A stretch of DNA of 64,000 nucleotides from Ignavibacteriota bacterium (GTDB lineage: Bacteria > Bacteroidota > Ignavibacteria > Kapaibacteriales > UBA2268): assembly GCA_020437395.1 (NCBI GenBank), contig JAGQWJ010000004.1, positions 22,475-86,474 of the forward strand, in the 5' to 3' direction. The position numbers were made by a program, and so were the translations under genes. This document shows positions 16,008 through 25,252 of the stretch, piece after piece (position 1 is the first letter of the stretch; each line of letters begins with the position of its first letter). A model generated the notes under the pieces. It searched no databases and had not been told where the DNA came from. It saw only the letters and a program-made list of their open reading frames with translations.

Positions 16008-18418
16008 AATTTTTAAATTACATAATATTATTATTAACTCCAGTGATGTTGTTGGCTAATGTCAATTCGTCTGTGAACCTATCTGGAACAGTTTACTACA
16101 ACAATAGTGGTCAACCTGTGGCATCTGCAAAGGTATTTGTAAGGGAACTGAATAAATCGATGCAAGCAGACATAAATGGTAGATATTCTATTGATTTGAG
16201 CCAGGGAGATTATACACTAATTGCATCGACAGATGATGTATCTGGTTATCCTAAGACAATTTCTGTAGATAAGACTAAAGAAGTTGATTTGACTATTGAC
16301 ACAATGGTTACCAAATTCGACGATGTACTAATAGAAGATACCAAAACTAATAGATTTGGTATGTCCAATATGTTACCAGTCGATGGAGCTGCTATTTATG
16401 CAGGTAGGAAATCGGAATCATTGTACTTAGATAACTTAACAGCTAATTTGGCTTCTAATAATTCAAGACAAGTTTTTTCAAAGTTTTCTGGGCTTAATAT
16501 TTGGGAAAATGATGCTTCTGGAATCCAACTTAACATAGGTGGACGTGGTCTAAGTCCAAATAGGGTTTCCAATTTTAATACTAGACAAAATGGATATGAT
16601 ATTGCGGCTGATGCTTTGGGCTATCCTGAAAGTTACTATACTCCACCTATGGAAGCGTTAGAGAAAATCGAGTTAGTTCGTGGAGCAGCTTCATTGCAAT
16701 ATGGTACTCAGTTTGGGGGATTTCTAAATTTCAAATTGAAAGATGGTTCTAAAGTTAAACCGGTAGATATTATTTCTAGACAATCTATGTCAAGCTATGA
16801 CAATTTTAGTTCATTTAATAGTATTGGTGGCACTTATGAGAATATGAACTATTACGGTTTTTTACAATACAAAAAAGGTAATGATTTCCGTCCAAACTCA
16901 AATTACAATGCACTTACTTTCTTCATAAAAAATGCTTATCAGATTACTAATGATTTGAGTATCACAGCTGAATTTACACATATGAATTATCTTGCTCAAC
17001 AATCAGGCGGGTTGACCGATGCTATGTTTGAGTCCAATCCTGAACAATCTGTTAGAAATAGAAATTGGTTTTCTGTCAACTGGGATATATTGGCTGCTGT
17101 ATTAGATTACAGATTAGATAATAATACGAAGCTGAATTCAAGAATTTTTTACCTAGATGCAGAGCGAAATGCCTTAGGTTACTTGGTAAGACCCGACAGA
17201 GCAGATCCACTAGATAATCGGAATTTGATTAAAGGAAGTTTTAGAAATTTGGGTAATGAAACTAGATTACTTTATAACTATAATTTGGTGGAGAGTCTGC
17301 CTTCGACACTACTAACTGGTTTTAGAATTTATAATGGATGGACGTTACAAAGTCAAGGGTTTGGTAACAGTGATTATGATGCCAATTTTAATTATTCCAG
17401 TAATGAAATGCTAAATGATTACACAAACCCTAGTATGAATTATGCCTTTTTTACAGAGAATCTATTTAAACTAAGTCCAAACCTATCAATAACACCAGGT
17501 GTCAGATACGAAAGAATAACTACAGGCTCTGAGGGGTATTATTCGAATATAGTTAAAGACCTAGCTGGAAACGTAATCAAACAAGAGACTTTATCTGAGG
17601 ATAGGAGTAACACACGAGAATTCATACTATTAGGTGTTAGTGCAGGATACAATATTGCAGAAGATTTAGAAACTTATATCAATATATCACAAAACTATAG
17701 AGCTGTCACTTTCAATGATATGAGAGTTATGAACCCTAATATGAGAATTGATTCTGATTTGAGAGACGAGAACGGGTATTCTGGGGATATTGGGGTTAGA
17801 GGAGCAGTAGGAAGTCTTCTTTATTTCGATGCCAATTTCTTTTACTTATACTATTATGATAAGATAGGAACAGTTCTAAAAGAAGACCAAGAAACTTATA
17901 CTTCGTACGTATTAAAAACTAATATCTCTAATAGTAGAAGCGTGGGAGCTGAAATATTTACGGAAATGAATATGAATACTTTATTGGGATTATCTAATGG
18001 GTACGAACTGAATTACTTTTTAAATGGTTCTTATACAAATGCAATATTCCTAGAAAGTAAAGAGGCAGCGTATAATAATAAAAAAGTTGAATACACTCCT
18101 CCTATCATATTCAGAACTGGTGTTAGTTATAAGGATGAAGGGTTCTCAGCTGCCTTGACTTATTCATACACTATGGAGCATTATAGCGATGCTACTAACG
18201 CAATTTCTGCCCCTGGTAGTATATCTGGAATCATTCCAAGTTATGATGTGTTTGATTTATCGATGAGTTATAAATTTGATTTATTCAAAATAGAAACTGG
18301 TATTAACAATATTCGCGATAATTCTTACTTTACTCGCCGAGCAACTGGCTACCCAGGACCTGGTATTATACCTGCTATGAGAAGAAGTATTTATATTACT
18401 GTTGGTGTTACTCCTTAA
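16004..18418 (+). CDS. TonB-dependent receptor with N-terminal carboxypeptidase-regulatory-like domain
   Basis: 804 aa. Signal peptide, NLSGTVYYNNSGQPVASAKVFV (CarbopepD_reg-like) and plug block IELVRGAASLQYGTQFGG, followed by long beta-barrel-type sequence. The TTG start overlaps the HTTM stop (TTGA). Confidence 0.8.
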   Translation: MKFLNYIILLLTPVMLLANVNSSVNLSGTVYYNNSGQPVASAKVFVRELNKSMQADINGRYSIDLSQGDYTLIASTDDVSGYPKTISVDKTKEVDLTIDTMVTKFDDVLIEDTKTNRFGMSNMLPVDGAAIYAGRKSESLYLDNLTANLASNNSRQVFSKFSGLNIWENDASGIQLNIGGRGLSPNRVSNFNTRQNGYDIAADALGYPESYYTPPMEALEKIELVRGAASLQYGTQFGGFLNFKLKDGSKVKPVDIISRQSMSSYDNFSSFNSIGGTYENMNYYGFLQYKKGNDFRPNSNYNALTFFIKNAYQITNDLSITAEFTHMNYLAQQSGGLTDAMFESNPEQSVRNRNWFSVNWDILAAVLDYRLDNNTKLNSRIFYLDAERNALGYLVRPDRADPLDNRNLIKGSFRNLGNETRLLYNYNLVESLPSTLLTGFRIYNGWTLQSQGFGNSDYDANFNYSSNEMLNDYTNPSMNYAFFTENLFKLSPNLSITPGVRYERITTGSEGYYSNIVKDLAGNVIKQETLSEDRSNTREFILLGVSAGYNIAEDLETYINISQNYRAVTFNDMRVMNPNMRIDSDLRDENGYSGDIGVRGAVGSLLYFDANFFYLYYYDKIGTVLKEDQETYTSYVLKTNISNSRSVGAEIFTEMNMNTLLGLSNGYELNYFLNGSYTNAIFLESKEAAYNNKKVEYTPPIIFRTGVSYKDEGFSAALTYSYTMEHYSDATNAISAPGSISGIIPSYDVFDLSMSYKFDLFKIETGINNIRDNSYFTRRATGYPGPGIIPAMRRSIYITVGVTP

Positions 18419-18588
18419 AACTCTTTTATTCTTTTTTACTGTTTGATTAAACCAAATCATTACTAATTTGTCATAGTATCTGCTATTCTGTAACAATTCA
18501 CGTTTTTATTTGATTTCGATACGTTTTTTTATAGACTTGTCCGTAATAGCAAAAATTATATATACTCATAAATCGATTTATAACTAAA

Positions 18589-20967
18589 ATGATTAAATAC
18601 ATTTCATTCGTTTTTGCTTTTGCAGTACTTTCACTCTACTCACAATCAAATTATAATATTTCTGGGACTGTACTTGACACTGAGGGACTACCTCAAATTG
18701 GTGCTTCTGTAGCTTTACACAATCCTTCTGATTCGTCTGTAATCACTGGCGGTGTAACTAAAGTTGGGGGTAATTTCAAATTCGAAGCCAAAAGCGGGAA
18801 TTACTATATACGTATCACTTCTATTGGTATGGAACCGAAAGTAATTGACAAAATCAATTTGTCGAGTGATTTGAAGTTAGGTGTTATTAAAATAGAGCAG
18901 TCATCAGTATTGACAGATGAAGTATTAGTGACGGCTGATAAATCAATTATGGAATTAAAACTAGATAAACGTATATACAATGTTAACAAAGATGCAAGTA
19001 ATATTGGTAGAAATGGTTCTGAGATATTAGATAATATTCCTTCTGTTAACGTTGACCCTGAGGGTAATGTATCTCTTCGTGGTTCAGGCAATGTTCAGAT
19101 ATTATTGAATGGTAAACAATCTGGGTTGGTAAGTAATGACCCCGAATCTATCAAACAGCTAATGGGTGATATGATAGATAAAATAGAAATCATCACCAAT
19201 CCATCTGCTAGATACGATGCCCAAGGTGAAGTAGGTATTATTAATATAGTATTGAAGAAAAAGCAAGAAGCTGGTTACAATGGTAACTTTGAACTAAGGA
19301 CTGGTTACCCAGATAACCATGCAATTTCTGTTTCTTCAAACTACAGATCTGAGTCTATGAACTTATTTGGCTCTGTTGGTGCTGATTATAGGAAAGCTCC
19401 TGGCTCTGGTTATACAGATCAGACATTCTACGTATATGACACTTTTAACTTTACTAATACTGATTTGGATAGAACAAGAGGTGGTTTGGGATTAAACTTA
19501 AATATTGGTTCTGACTTTTATCTAGATGATGAGAATACGTTAACTTTTGCAGGAAACCTTAGATTAGGTGATAGATTAAATGAATCAGACCTAACTTATA
19601 CTGATTATCTACCTAGTGGAGATAAATATAGAGTGACTAAAAGAGATGATGATGAGACAGAAACTAAAAATGACGTAGAATTTAACTTGACTTATGAAAA
19701 AATATTTGATGGAAATAAAGACCATGTTTTAAAGTTTGACAGTAGATACGAGCAAGACAAAGATGTTGAACAATCTGATATTTTGGAGTCAAATAATTTA
19801 AATAATAACACTATTGTTCAACAATCATACAATTTAGAATTTGAACGAAATCAATTGTACCAACTTGACTATATATACCCCTTTAGCTTAGATGGTAAGT
19901 TTGAAGCAGGTGCAAAAGCCAATCTTAGAAAAATTGATAATGACTATTGGGTTAAACAAGACATAGGAGAAGGGCTTGAATTTTTAGATGGCTTCAATAA
20001 TAACTTCGTTTACTATGAAAATATTATTGCCGCTTATATAATGGCAGGTAATCAATTAGGCGATTTTGGATGGCAATTAGGAGTAAGATCGGAATATTCT
20101 GATATTACGACTGAGTTACTGAGAACTAATTACAGAAATCAAAGAGATTATTTGAATTTCTTCCCATCGGCTCATTTTAATTACAAGCTAAATGAATATA
20201 ATTCTCTTCAAGCAAGTTATTCATCGAGAATACAGAGACCGTGGTTCAGAAGACTAATGCCTTTTTCTAGTTTCACAGATTCTAGGAATATTTGGGGAGG
20301 TAATCCCGACCTTAACCCAGAGTATTCTGATTCCTATGAGCTTGGTTACTTGTACAATTGGGAATCTGGATCTATATTATCAAATGTCTATTATCGTCAT
20401 AGCACAGATATTATTCAGTCGGTTACATATATTGACTCCATGGGTATTACACAGATAAGACCTTCCAACATAGGGATTCAAGACTCCTATGGTGTAGAAT
20501 TTAACCTTTCAAATGATATCACAGATTGGTGGAATACTAATATTAATTTTAATCTTTACACTTCTACTATTACGGGTAACCAATCTGTTTACAACTTAAA
20601 TAGTGATTACTTTAGCTGGAATACTAGGTTTTCTTCGAAAATGAAATTTTCTGGCTACAACCTCCAAGTAAATGCAAACTATTTTGCTCCAGAAGATACT
20701 CCACAAGGCGAAATATTAAGTATGTGGTGGTTAGATTTTGGTATTTCCAAAGATATATTTGATAATAATGCAACTATTACATTATCAGGTCAGGACATTT
20801 TTAGTACAAGAATGAGACGTTCTATTGTTAACGATGTAACGTTCTACAGGTATAGTGAATATCAGTGGAGAAAAGGTCAAGTTACCTTAACATTCTCATA
20901 TCGGATTAATCAAGCAAAACAACGTCAAAGATCATCGTTTGATGGAGACGGTGGGGATATGGAGTAG
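18589..20967 (+). CDS. Outer-membrane beta-barrel family protein (TonB-dependent receptor-like, OMP_b-brl_3 type)
   Basis: 792 aa. YNISGTVLDTEGLPQIGASVAL (CarbopepD_reg-like), plug-like LDNIPSVNVDPEGNVSLRGSGNVQILLNGK, and a C-terminal VTLTFSYRINQ strand with a charged tail. Confidence 0.8.
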   Translation: MIKYISFVFAFAVLSLYSQSNYNISGTVLDTEGLPQIGASVALHNPSDSSVITGGVTKVGGNFKFEAKSGNYYIRITSIGMEPKVIDKINLSSDLKLGVIKIEQSSVLTDEVLVTADKSIMELKLDKRIYNVNKDASNIGRNGSEILDNIPSVNVDPEGNVSLRGSGNVQILLNGKQSGLVSNDPESIKQLMGDMIDKIEIITNPSARYDAQGEVGIINIVLKKKQEAGYNGNFELRTGYPDNHAISVSSNYRSESMNLFGSVGADYRKAPGSGYTDQTFYVYDTFNFTNTDLDRTRGGLGLNLNIGSDFYLDDENTLTFAGNLRLGDRLNESDLTYTDYLPSGDKYRVTKRDDDETETKNDVEFNLTYEKIFDGNKDHVLKFDSRYEQDKDVEQSDILESNNLNNNTIVQQSYNLEFERNQLYQLDYIYPFSLDGKFEAGAKANLRKIDNDYWVKQDIGEGLEFLDGFNNNFVYYENIIAAYIMAGNQLGDFGWQLGVRSEYSDITTELLRTNYRNQRDYLNFFPSAHFNYKLNEYNSLQASYSSRIQRPWFRRLMPFSSFTDSRNIWGGNPDLNPEYSDSYELGYLYNWESGSILSNVYYRHSTDIIQSVTYIDSMGITQIRPSNIGIQDSYGVEFNLSNDITDWWNTNINFNLYTSTITGNQSVYNLNSDYFSWNTRFSSKMKFSGYNLQVNANYFAPEDTPQGEILSMWWLDFGISKDIFDNNATITLSGQDIFSTRMRRSIVNDVTFYRYSEYQWRKGQVTLTFSYRINQAKQRQRSSFDGDGGDME

Positions 20968-21579
20968 ATGAATAACTTCTGGGATGAAAGGTTCGCAAAC
21001 AACAAATCTGTATATGGAGAAGAACCAAACCAATTTTTCAAAGAACATTTATCAAAATTGGAAGCAGGGGCATTACTCTTACCAGCTGAAGGTGAAGGTA
21101 GAAATGCAATATTCGCAGCCAAAACTGGTTGGGAAGTTTCAGCTTTTGATTCGAGCAAAGTAGGTAGAGAAAATGCACTCAAAAGAGCCCAGATTGAAAA
21201 TGTGGCTATTGACTACAAACTGCAAGATATTTTGGAATTTGACTATTCTGAAAATATGTTTGATGCAATTGGACTAGTTTTCGCTCATTTCCCATCAATC
21301 ATCAGGGCTAAGTTCCATCAGAAATTAATCTCTAGCTTGAGAGTTGGTGGTTATATCATATTAGAAGGTTTTAGTAAAAATCACCTCCAGTTTAGCGAGA
21401 AAAACCCTAGTGCAGGTGGGCCTAAGAACATAGATATGCTATTTGATTCAAAATCCATACTTGAAGATTTCAGCTCACTAAAAACTATATTAATAGAAGA
21501 AAAAATAATTCACCTTTCAGAAGGTGAGTTCCACCACGGCGAAAGCTATGTTGTTAGATATGTTGGGAAGAGGATCTAG
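20968..21579 (+). CDS. Class I SAM-dependent methyltransferase
   Basis: 203 aa. Motif-I region LLLPAEGEGRNAIFAAKTGWEVSAFD and post-I/II blocks. Its ATG directly abuts the stop of the upstream barrel gene. Confidence 0.8.
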   Translation: MNNFWDERFANNKSVYGEEPNQFFKEHLSKLEAGALLLPAEGEGRNAIFAAKTGWEVSAFDSSKVGRENALKRAQIENVAIDYKLQDILEFDYSENMFDAIGLVFAHFPSIIRAKFHQKLISSLRVGGYIILEGFSKNHLQFSEKNPSAGGPKNIDMLFDSKSILEDFSSLKTILIEEKIIHLSEGEFHHGESYVVRYVGKRI

Positions 21580-21696
21580 TTGAATTTAAGCAACAATATC
21601 ATTTCCAAAAACATATAATAATGCTTAACGATTATTATAAATCATTGTAAATATTTTTAATTATTCATATTTTGAATAAACTAAAGATGAAATAAA

Positions 21697-21849
21697 ATGA
21701 AAGAAAACTTTACAATCAAAGTTGAAACATCTTCAACTGGATATTTTGCTTTCGTTGAAGAACTTCCTCTTTACACAACTGGTAGTAATATATCCGAACT
21801 ACTTTCAAATTTGAATGAAGCAACAGAATTATATTATGATGAATTATAA
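21697..21849 (+). CDS. HicB-like / UPF0150-like mini-protein (50 aa)
   Basis: Below the ORF-track cutoff; translated by hand as MKENFTIKVETSSTGYFAFVEELPLYTTGSNISELLSNLNEATELYYDEL. The pattern (beta strands, then GxxAxVxELP, then a helix) resembles the HicB N-terminal fold. Confidence 0.4.
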   Translation: MKENFTIKVETSSTGYFAFVEELPLYTTGSNISELLSNLNEATELYYDEL

Positions 21850-21852
21850 TCA

Positions 21853-22098
21853 ATGTCACAAATAGAAAAACTATACTATAGAATGAAAGCACTAGGCATA
21901 GAAGAAGAAAGCTACTATCTACAAGGTTTATATGGCTCACCCTCTGATGAATATAAACTTTCATTAGTAATGAGAGAAGAGAATAACTCTACTAAATACG
22001 AAATGTATTTTAAAGAGAATGGCGAAAAGCACGTAATTCAAGTATTTACTGATTTTGATATTGCGGCTAACTATTTTATAGAACAGTTGACAGAGTAG
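21853..22098 (+). CDS. Hypothetical protein (81 aa)
   Basis: ORF-track entry starting 4 nt after the HicB-like mini-ORF. I recognise no family. Confidence 0.45.
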   Translation: MSQIEKLYYRMKALGIEEESYYLQGLYGSPSDEYKLSLVMREENNSTKYEMYFKENGEKHVIQVFTDFDIAANYFIEQLTE

Positions 22099-22129
22099 AT
22101 AACTAAATCAGACAGATGGGAATAATAAA

Positions 22130-22297
22130 ATGAAATCAGCAAATCTAATTGCAATGGTTCTAGGGCTTATAAGCATAGTGTTAGGCATATATCAAGTGAT
22201 ATCGGGTAGTGAGTTTTCAGTTTACTTTTTCAGCTTATTTGTTGGGGTGACTCTAGCTGGAATTGGATTTATTAATTACAAAAAGTTGGATCAATGA
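22130..22297 (+). CDS. Small two-TM membrane protein (55 aa)
   Basis: Hand translation: MKSANLIAMVLGLISIVLGIYQVISGSEFSVYFFSLFVGVTLAGIGFINYKKLDQ. Its stop overlaps the apt ATG (ATGA). Confidence 0.35.
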   Translation: MKSANLIAMVLGLISIVLGIYQVISGSEFSVYFFSLFVGVTLAGIGFINYKKLDQ

Positions 22298-22809
22298 ACC
22301 TACAAGACTACATCCGTGACATACCTAATTTCCCCAAACCGGGTATTTTGTTTAAAGATATTACTCCTATGTTGGACAACCCAGAAGCTAATAAGTATGC
22401 CACTCAATCACTAATAGACCTTACCAAAGATCTAAAAATAGATAAAGTAATAGGAGTAGAAAGTCGTGGGTTTTTCTTCGGAACACTAATAGCAGATAAG
22501 CTTAATGCAGGGTTTATACCTGTCCGAAAACCAAACAAATTACCTTCGGACAAACTCAGCCAAGAATTCCAATTAGAGTACGGTACAGACCGATTAGAAA
22601 TCCACAAAGATGCAATAAGCAATGGCGAAAGAGTATTAATTCATGATGATGTATTAGCGACTGGTGGCACAGCCGAAGCTGTTTGCAAGCTAGTGGAAGA
22701 GCTAGGCGGAGAGGTAGTACAATGTAACTTCCTTATAGAATTGTCTTTTCTGAATGGAAGAGATAAACTATCGAAGTACAATATCGGCTCATTGATTAAT
22801 TACAAGTAA
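22294..22809 (+). CDS. apt: Adenine phosphoribosyltransferase
   Basis: 171 aa. PGILFKDITP block and PRPP-binding loop VLIHDDVLATGGTAEA. Confidence 0.93.
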   Translation: MNLQDYIRDIPNFPKPGILFKDITPMLDNPEANKYATQSLIDLTKDLKIDKVIGVESRGFFFGTLIADKLNAGFIPVRKPNKLPSDKLSQEFQLEYGTDRLEIHKDAISNGERVLIHDDVLATGGTAEAVCKLVEELGGEVVQCNFLIELSFLNGRDKLSKYNIGSLINYK

Positions 22810-22901
22810 ATCGAGTTTTAAAATGAATAAAATCGAAAAATATGAAATGCTAATAATTGGTCTTGGGTTATTAATATCATCCCACTACAAAGGAAAAATT
22901 G

Positions 22902-24134
22902 ATGGTTAGAACTTTCATAATTATTATAGGTTTAATTTTAGCTTCAAGCGTACTGGCTGACAGTACAGATGTTCACTCCATAGGATATAAATTAGAGAAA
23001 ATAGAGAAAGGGTGGAATAGATTAGAACTTGACGATAATCTTCTGATGAATATGAGTTCAATCAATACATACATCAGAATTAATTTGATTGATAGTACCA
23101 ACGATACTCTCGAAGTTCCATTTATAATAGAGAGTTCAAAAGAGCAAGATTCGACAGTCAGAATACCAGTGGAAATAATAAATAAGACTACCAAAGATGG
23201 CAGGAACTATTACACGTTAGTTGCAGACTCTACTCAGATAATTTCAAACCTTGAGTTTTCTTTTTCAGGCAGAAATAATCTTGGTAAGGCAAGTTTAGAA
23301 GGGAGTAATAACCGAAAAGATTGGGTTATGATTTCTGATAGTCTGCTTTTTGTGGATAGAATTAACAACCATCAGAAGATTTCAAGTAGAACGATTTATG
23401 ATTTGCAGACACTTTACAAATACTATCGTTTGAGTACAGAGGATACTAAATCCAACTTAAAAAGTGTTTTTTATGAAAAGATATTCAGCACGAACCCAAA
23501 ATATAGAAAAGTTCAAATCAATCATTTGAAATATCGCACAGATAAGAAAAAAAATAGAACAATATATAGATTCGGATTGAATGGGCGTTTACCCATTCAC
23601 TATATGATGATGGATATAGAAAATAAATATGATTATAACCGTAATGCTAATCTATTTGCTTTAACTGATAGCTTCCAAACAGACAAGGGAATCAAATATA
23701 ATTACAAACTAATAGAGACATTTAAGTTTTCAACTGATGATTCAACAAACTATACCTTTAGTTTTCCGGATCACTACCAGTATTATAAATTAGTAATAGA
23801 AAATGGTAATGACCCACCGCTAAAGATAAAAAGAATGACTGCATATAGACATGAGTATTTTCTGAAAGCGAGATTTGATAGAGAAGGTGAGGGATATATT
23901 AAAATAGCAGAAAAAGGCCGAATCCCCTATTATGAAATTGAAAAATTTAAGTCACGAATACCTAAGGATATGAACGAAATAAAATTAGGTGATAAACTTG
24001 AAGTGCAAATTAGCAGAGAAGAAGTTGAACCAGTTCTTGAAGATAAACTATGGCTTTGGATTATTATGTTGTTTTCAGTCTTAGCTATAGGTTATTTCAC
24101 AGTTAAAATATCAAAAGAGGAAAAGAAAAAATAA
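22902..24134 (+). CDS. Exported protein with C-terminal membrane anchor (possibly DUF3999-like)
   Basis: Signal peptide MVRTFIIIIGLILASSVLA, about 370 aa of extracytoplasmic region, and a C-terminal TM LWLWIIMLFSVLAIGYFTV followed by KISKEEKKK. The N-terminal GWNRLELDDNLL...LEVPF resembles DUF3999 as I recall it, but weakly. Confidence 0.5.
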   Translation: MVRTFIIIIGLILASSVLADSTDVHSIGYKLEKIEKGWNRLELDDNLLMNMSSINTYIRINLIDSTNDTLEVPFIIESSKEQDSTVRIPVEIINKTTKDGRNYYTLVADSTQIISNLEFSFSGRNNLGKASLEGSNNRKDWVMISDSLLFVDRINNHQKISSRTIYDLQTLYKYYRLSTEDTKSNLKSVFYEKIFSTNPKYRKVQINHLKYRTDKKKNRTIYRFGLNGRLPIHYMMMDIENKYDYNRNANLFALTDSFQTDKGIKYNYKLIETFKFSTDDSTNYTFSFPDHYQYYKLVIENGNDPPLKIKRMTAYRHEYFLKARFDREGEGYIKIAEKGRIPYYEIEKFKSRIPKDMNEIKLGDKLEVQISREEVEPVLEDKLWLWIIMLFSVLAIGYFTVKISKEEKKK

Positions 24135-24135
24135 A

Positions 24136-24525
24136 ATGAAATTATTCAAAATTATCAGATATACAATTGAGGTATTATTTGTTCTATTAATATTGACAAT
24201 TGCATTTATAGGAGTTGATGATTTAGTAATAGATAATCATACGATATATATATTGTTAATGTCAATTATATTTATCTTGATGGCAGTAGAAGATAAGATT
24301 TTAGGTGCATTATACAGTAAAGATAGTAACAGTCCAGATGAAAATTACAACAACACAAAGAAAGGATTAATTTCTACTTCTTTGCTGACTTTTCTGTTAG
24401 GAATTGGTGTTATGATAATTTCGCCCTTTGATTTGAATACGAGCAATTTGCTAATAAAATTTTTCTTAACATTGTCTATATTCTCTAGTGTTAGTATGAC
24501 TTTCTATAAGATTGTGAAGAGGTAA
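24136..24525 (+). CDS. Small four-TM membrane protein
   Basis: 129 aa with four hydrophobic segments. 1-nt gaps to both neighbours. Confidence 0.5.
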   Translation: MKLFKIIRYTIEVLFVLLILTIAFIGVDDLVIDNHTIYILLMSIIFILMAVEDKILGALYSKDSNSPDENYNNTKKGLISTSLLTFLLGIGVMIISPFDLNTSNLLIKFFLTLSIFSSVSMTFYKIVKR

Positions 24526-24526
24526 T

Positions 24527-25114
24527 GTGGTGGTGAATATCGTTGGAACAAATTATCACGAAGAAGTAGAATTCAAGAATTTAGACCACTCCAATCAAAA
24601 ATTAGTGGGAATAAAGTTTGAATTATGTACTTTTATAAACTGTGATTTTAGTAATTGTGACATGGCTGATAGCACATTTGTCGAATGCAAGTTCATGAAC
24701 TGCAATCTTAGCTTGGCCAATGTAACGAAAACCGCCTTCAACGAGATACACTTCTCGAAGTGCAAATTATTAGGTATTGATTTTAGTAAGAGCAGAGAGT
24801 TTTTATTAAGCTTCAATTTTGATGAATGTATCTTAAGTTCTTGTTCATTCGCAAATCTTAAAATAGGGAGCACTCAATTCAAGAAATGCATAATGCACGA
24901 TACCCAATTTGTCAACACTGAATTAATCGGATGTATATTCGATGAATGTGATTTGAAAGATGCGTACTTCGATCACTCTAACTTAAATAAGGCAGACTTC
25001 AGAAACGCTATTAATTTCACTATAGACCCCGAGATCAACAAAATGAAGGGTGCGATATTCTCTCGAATTGGGTTAGAAGGCTTGTTGTTGAAATATGGTT
25101 TGGATATAAAGTAA
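24527..25114 (+). CDS. Pentapeptide-repeat protein (Qnr/MfpA-like fold)
   Basis: 195 aa. Continuous 5-residue periodicity, e.g. CDFSNCDMADSTFVECKFMNCNLSLANVTKTAF. GTG start. Confidence 0.85.
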   Translation: MVVNIVGTNYHEEVEFKNLDHSNQKLVGIKFELCTFINCDFSNCDMADSTFVECKFMNCNLSLANVTKTAFNEIHFSKCKLLGIDFSKSREFLLSFNFDECILSSCSFANLKIGSTQFKKCIMHDTQFVNTELIGCIFDECDLKDAYFDHSNLNKADFRNAINFTIDPEINKMKGAIFSRIGLEGLLLKYGLDIK

Positions 25115-25252
25115 TTTATTCAATTACTCTCGCAATAATCTTCAAGCTTAAGATTATAATATCAATACTTACATCAATCCAATTTGCTCTGATAAAATCC
25201 TCAGAATTGATTAAATTGCAGAATACATCAAAACTAGGATAAAAATAATTTT

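Noticed and set aside
22823-22909. A 28-codon ORF (MNKIEKYEMLIIGLGLLISSHYKGKIDG) between apt and the next operon.
   Set aside because: It is too short and featureless to support, and it overlaps the start of the following gene.
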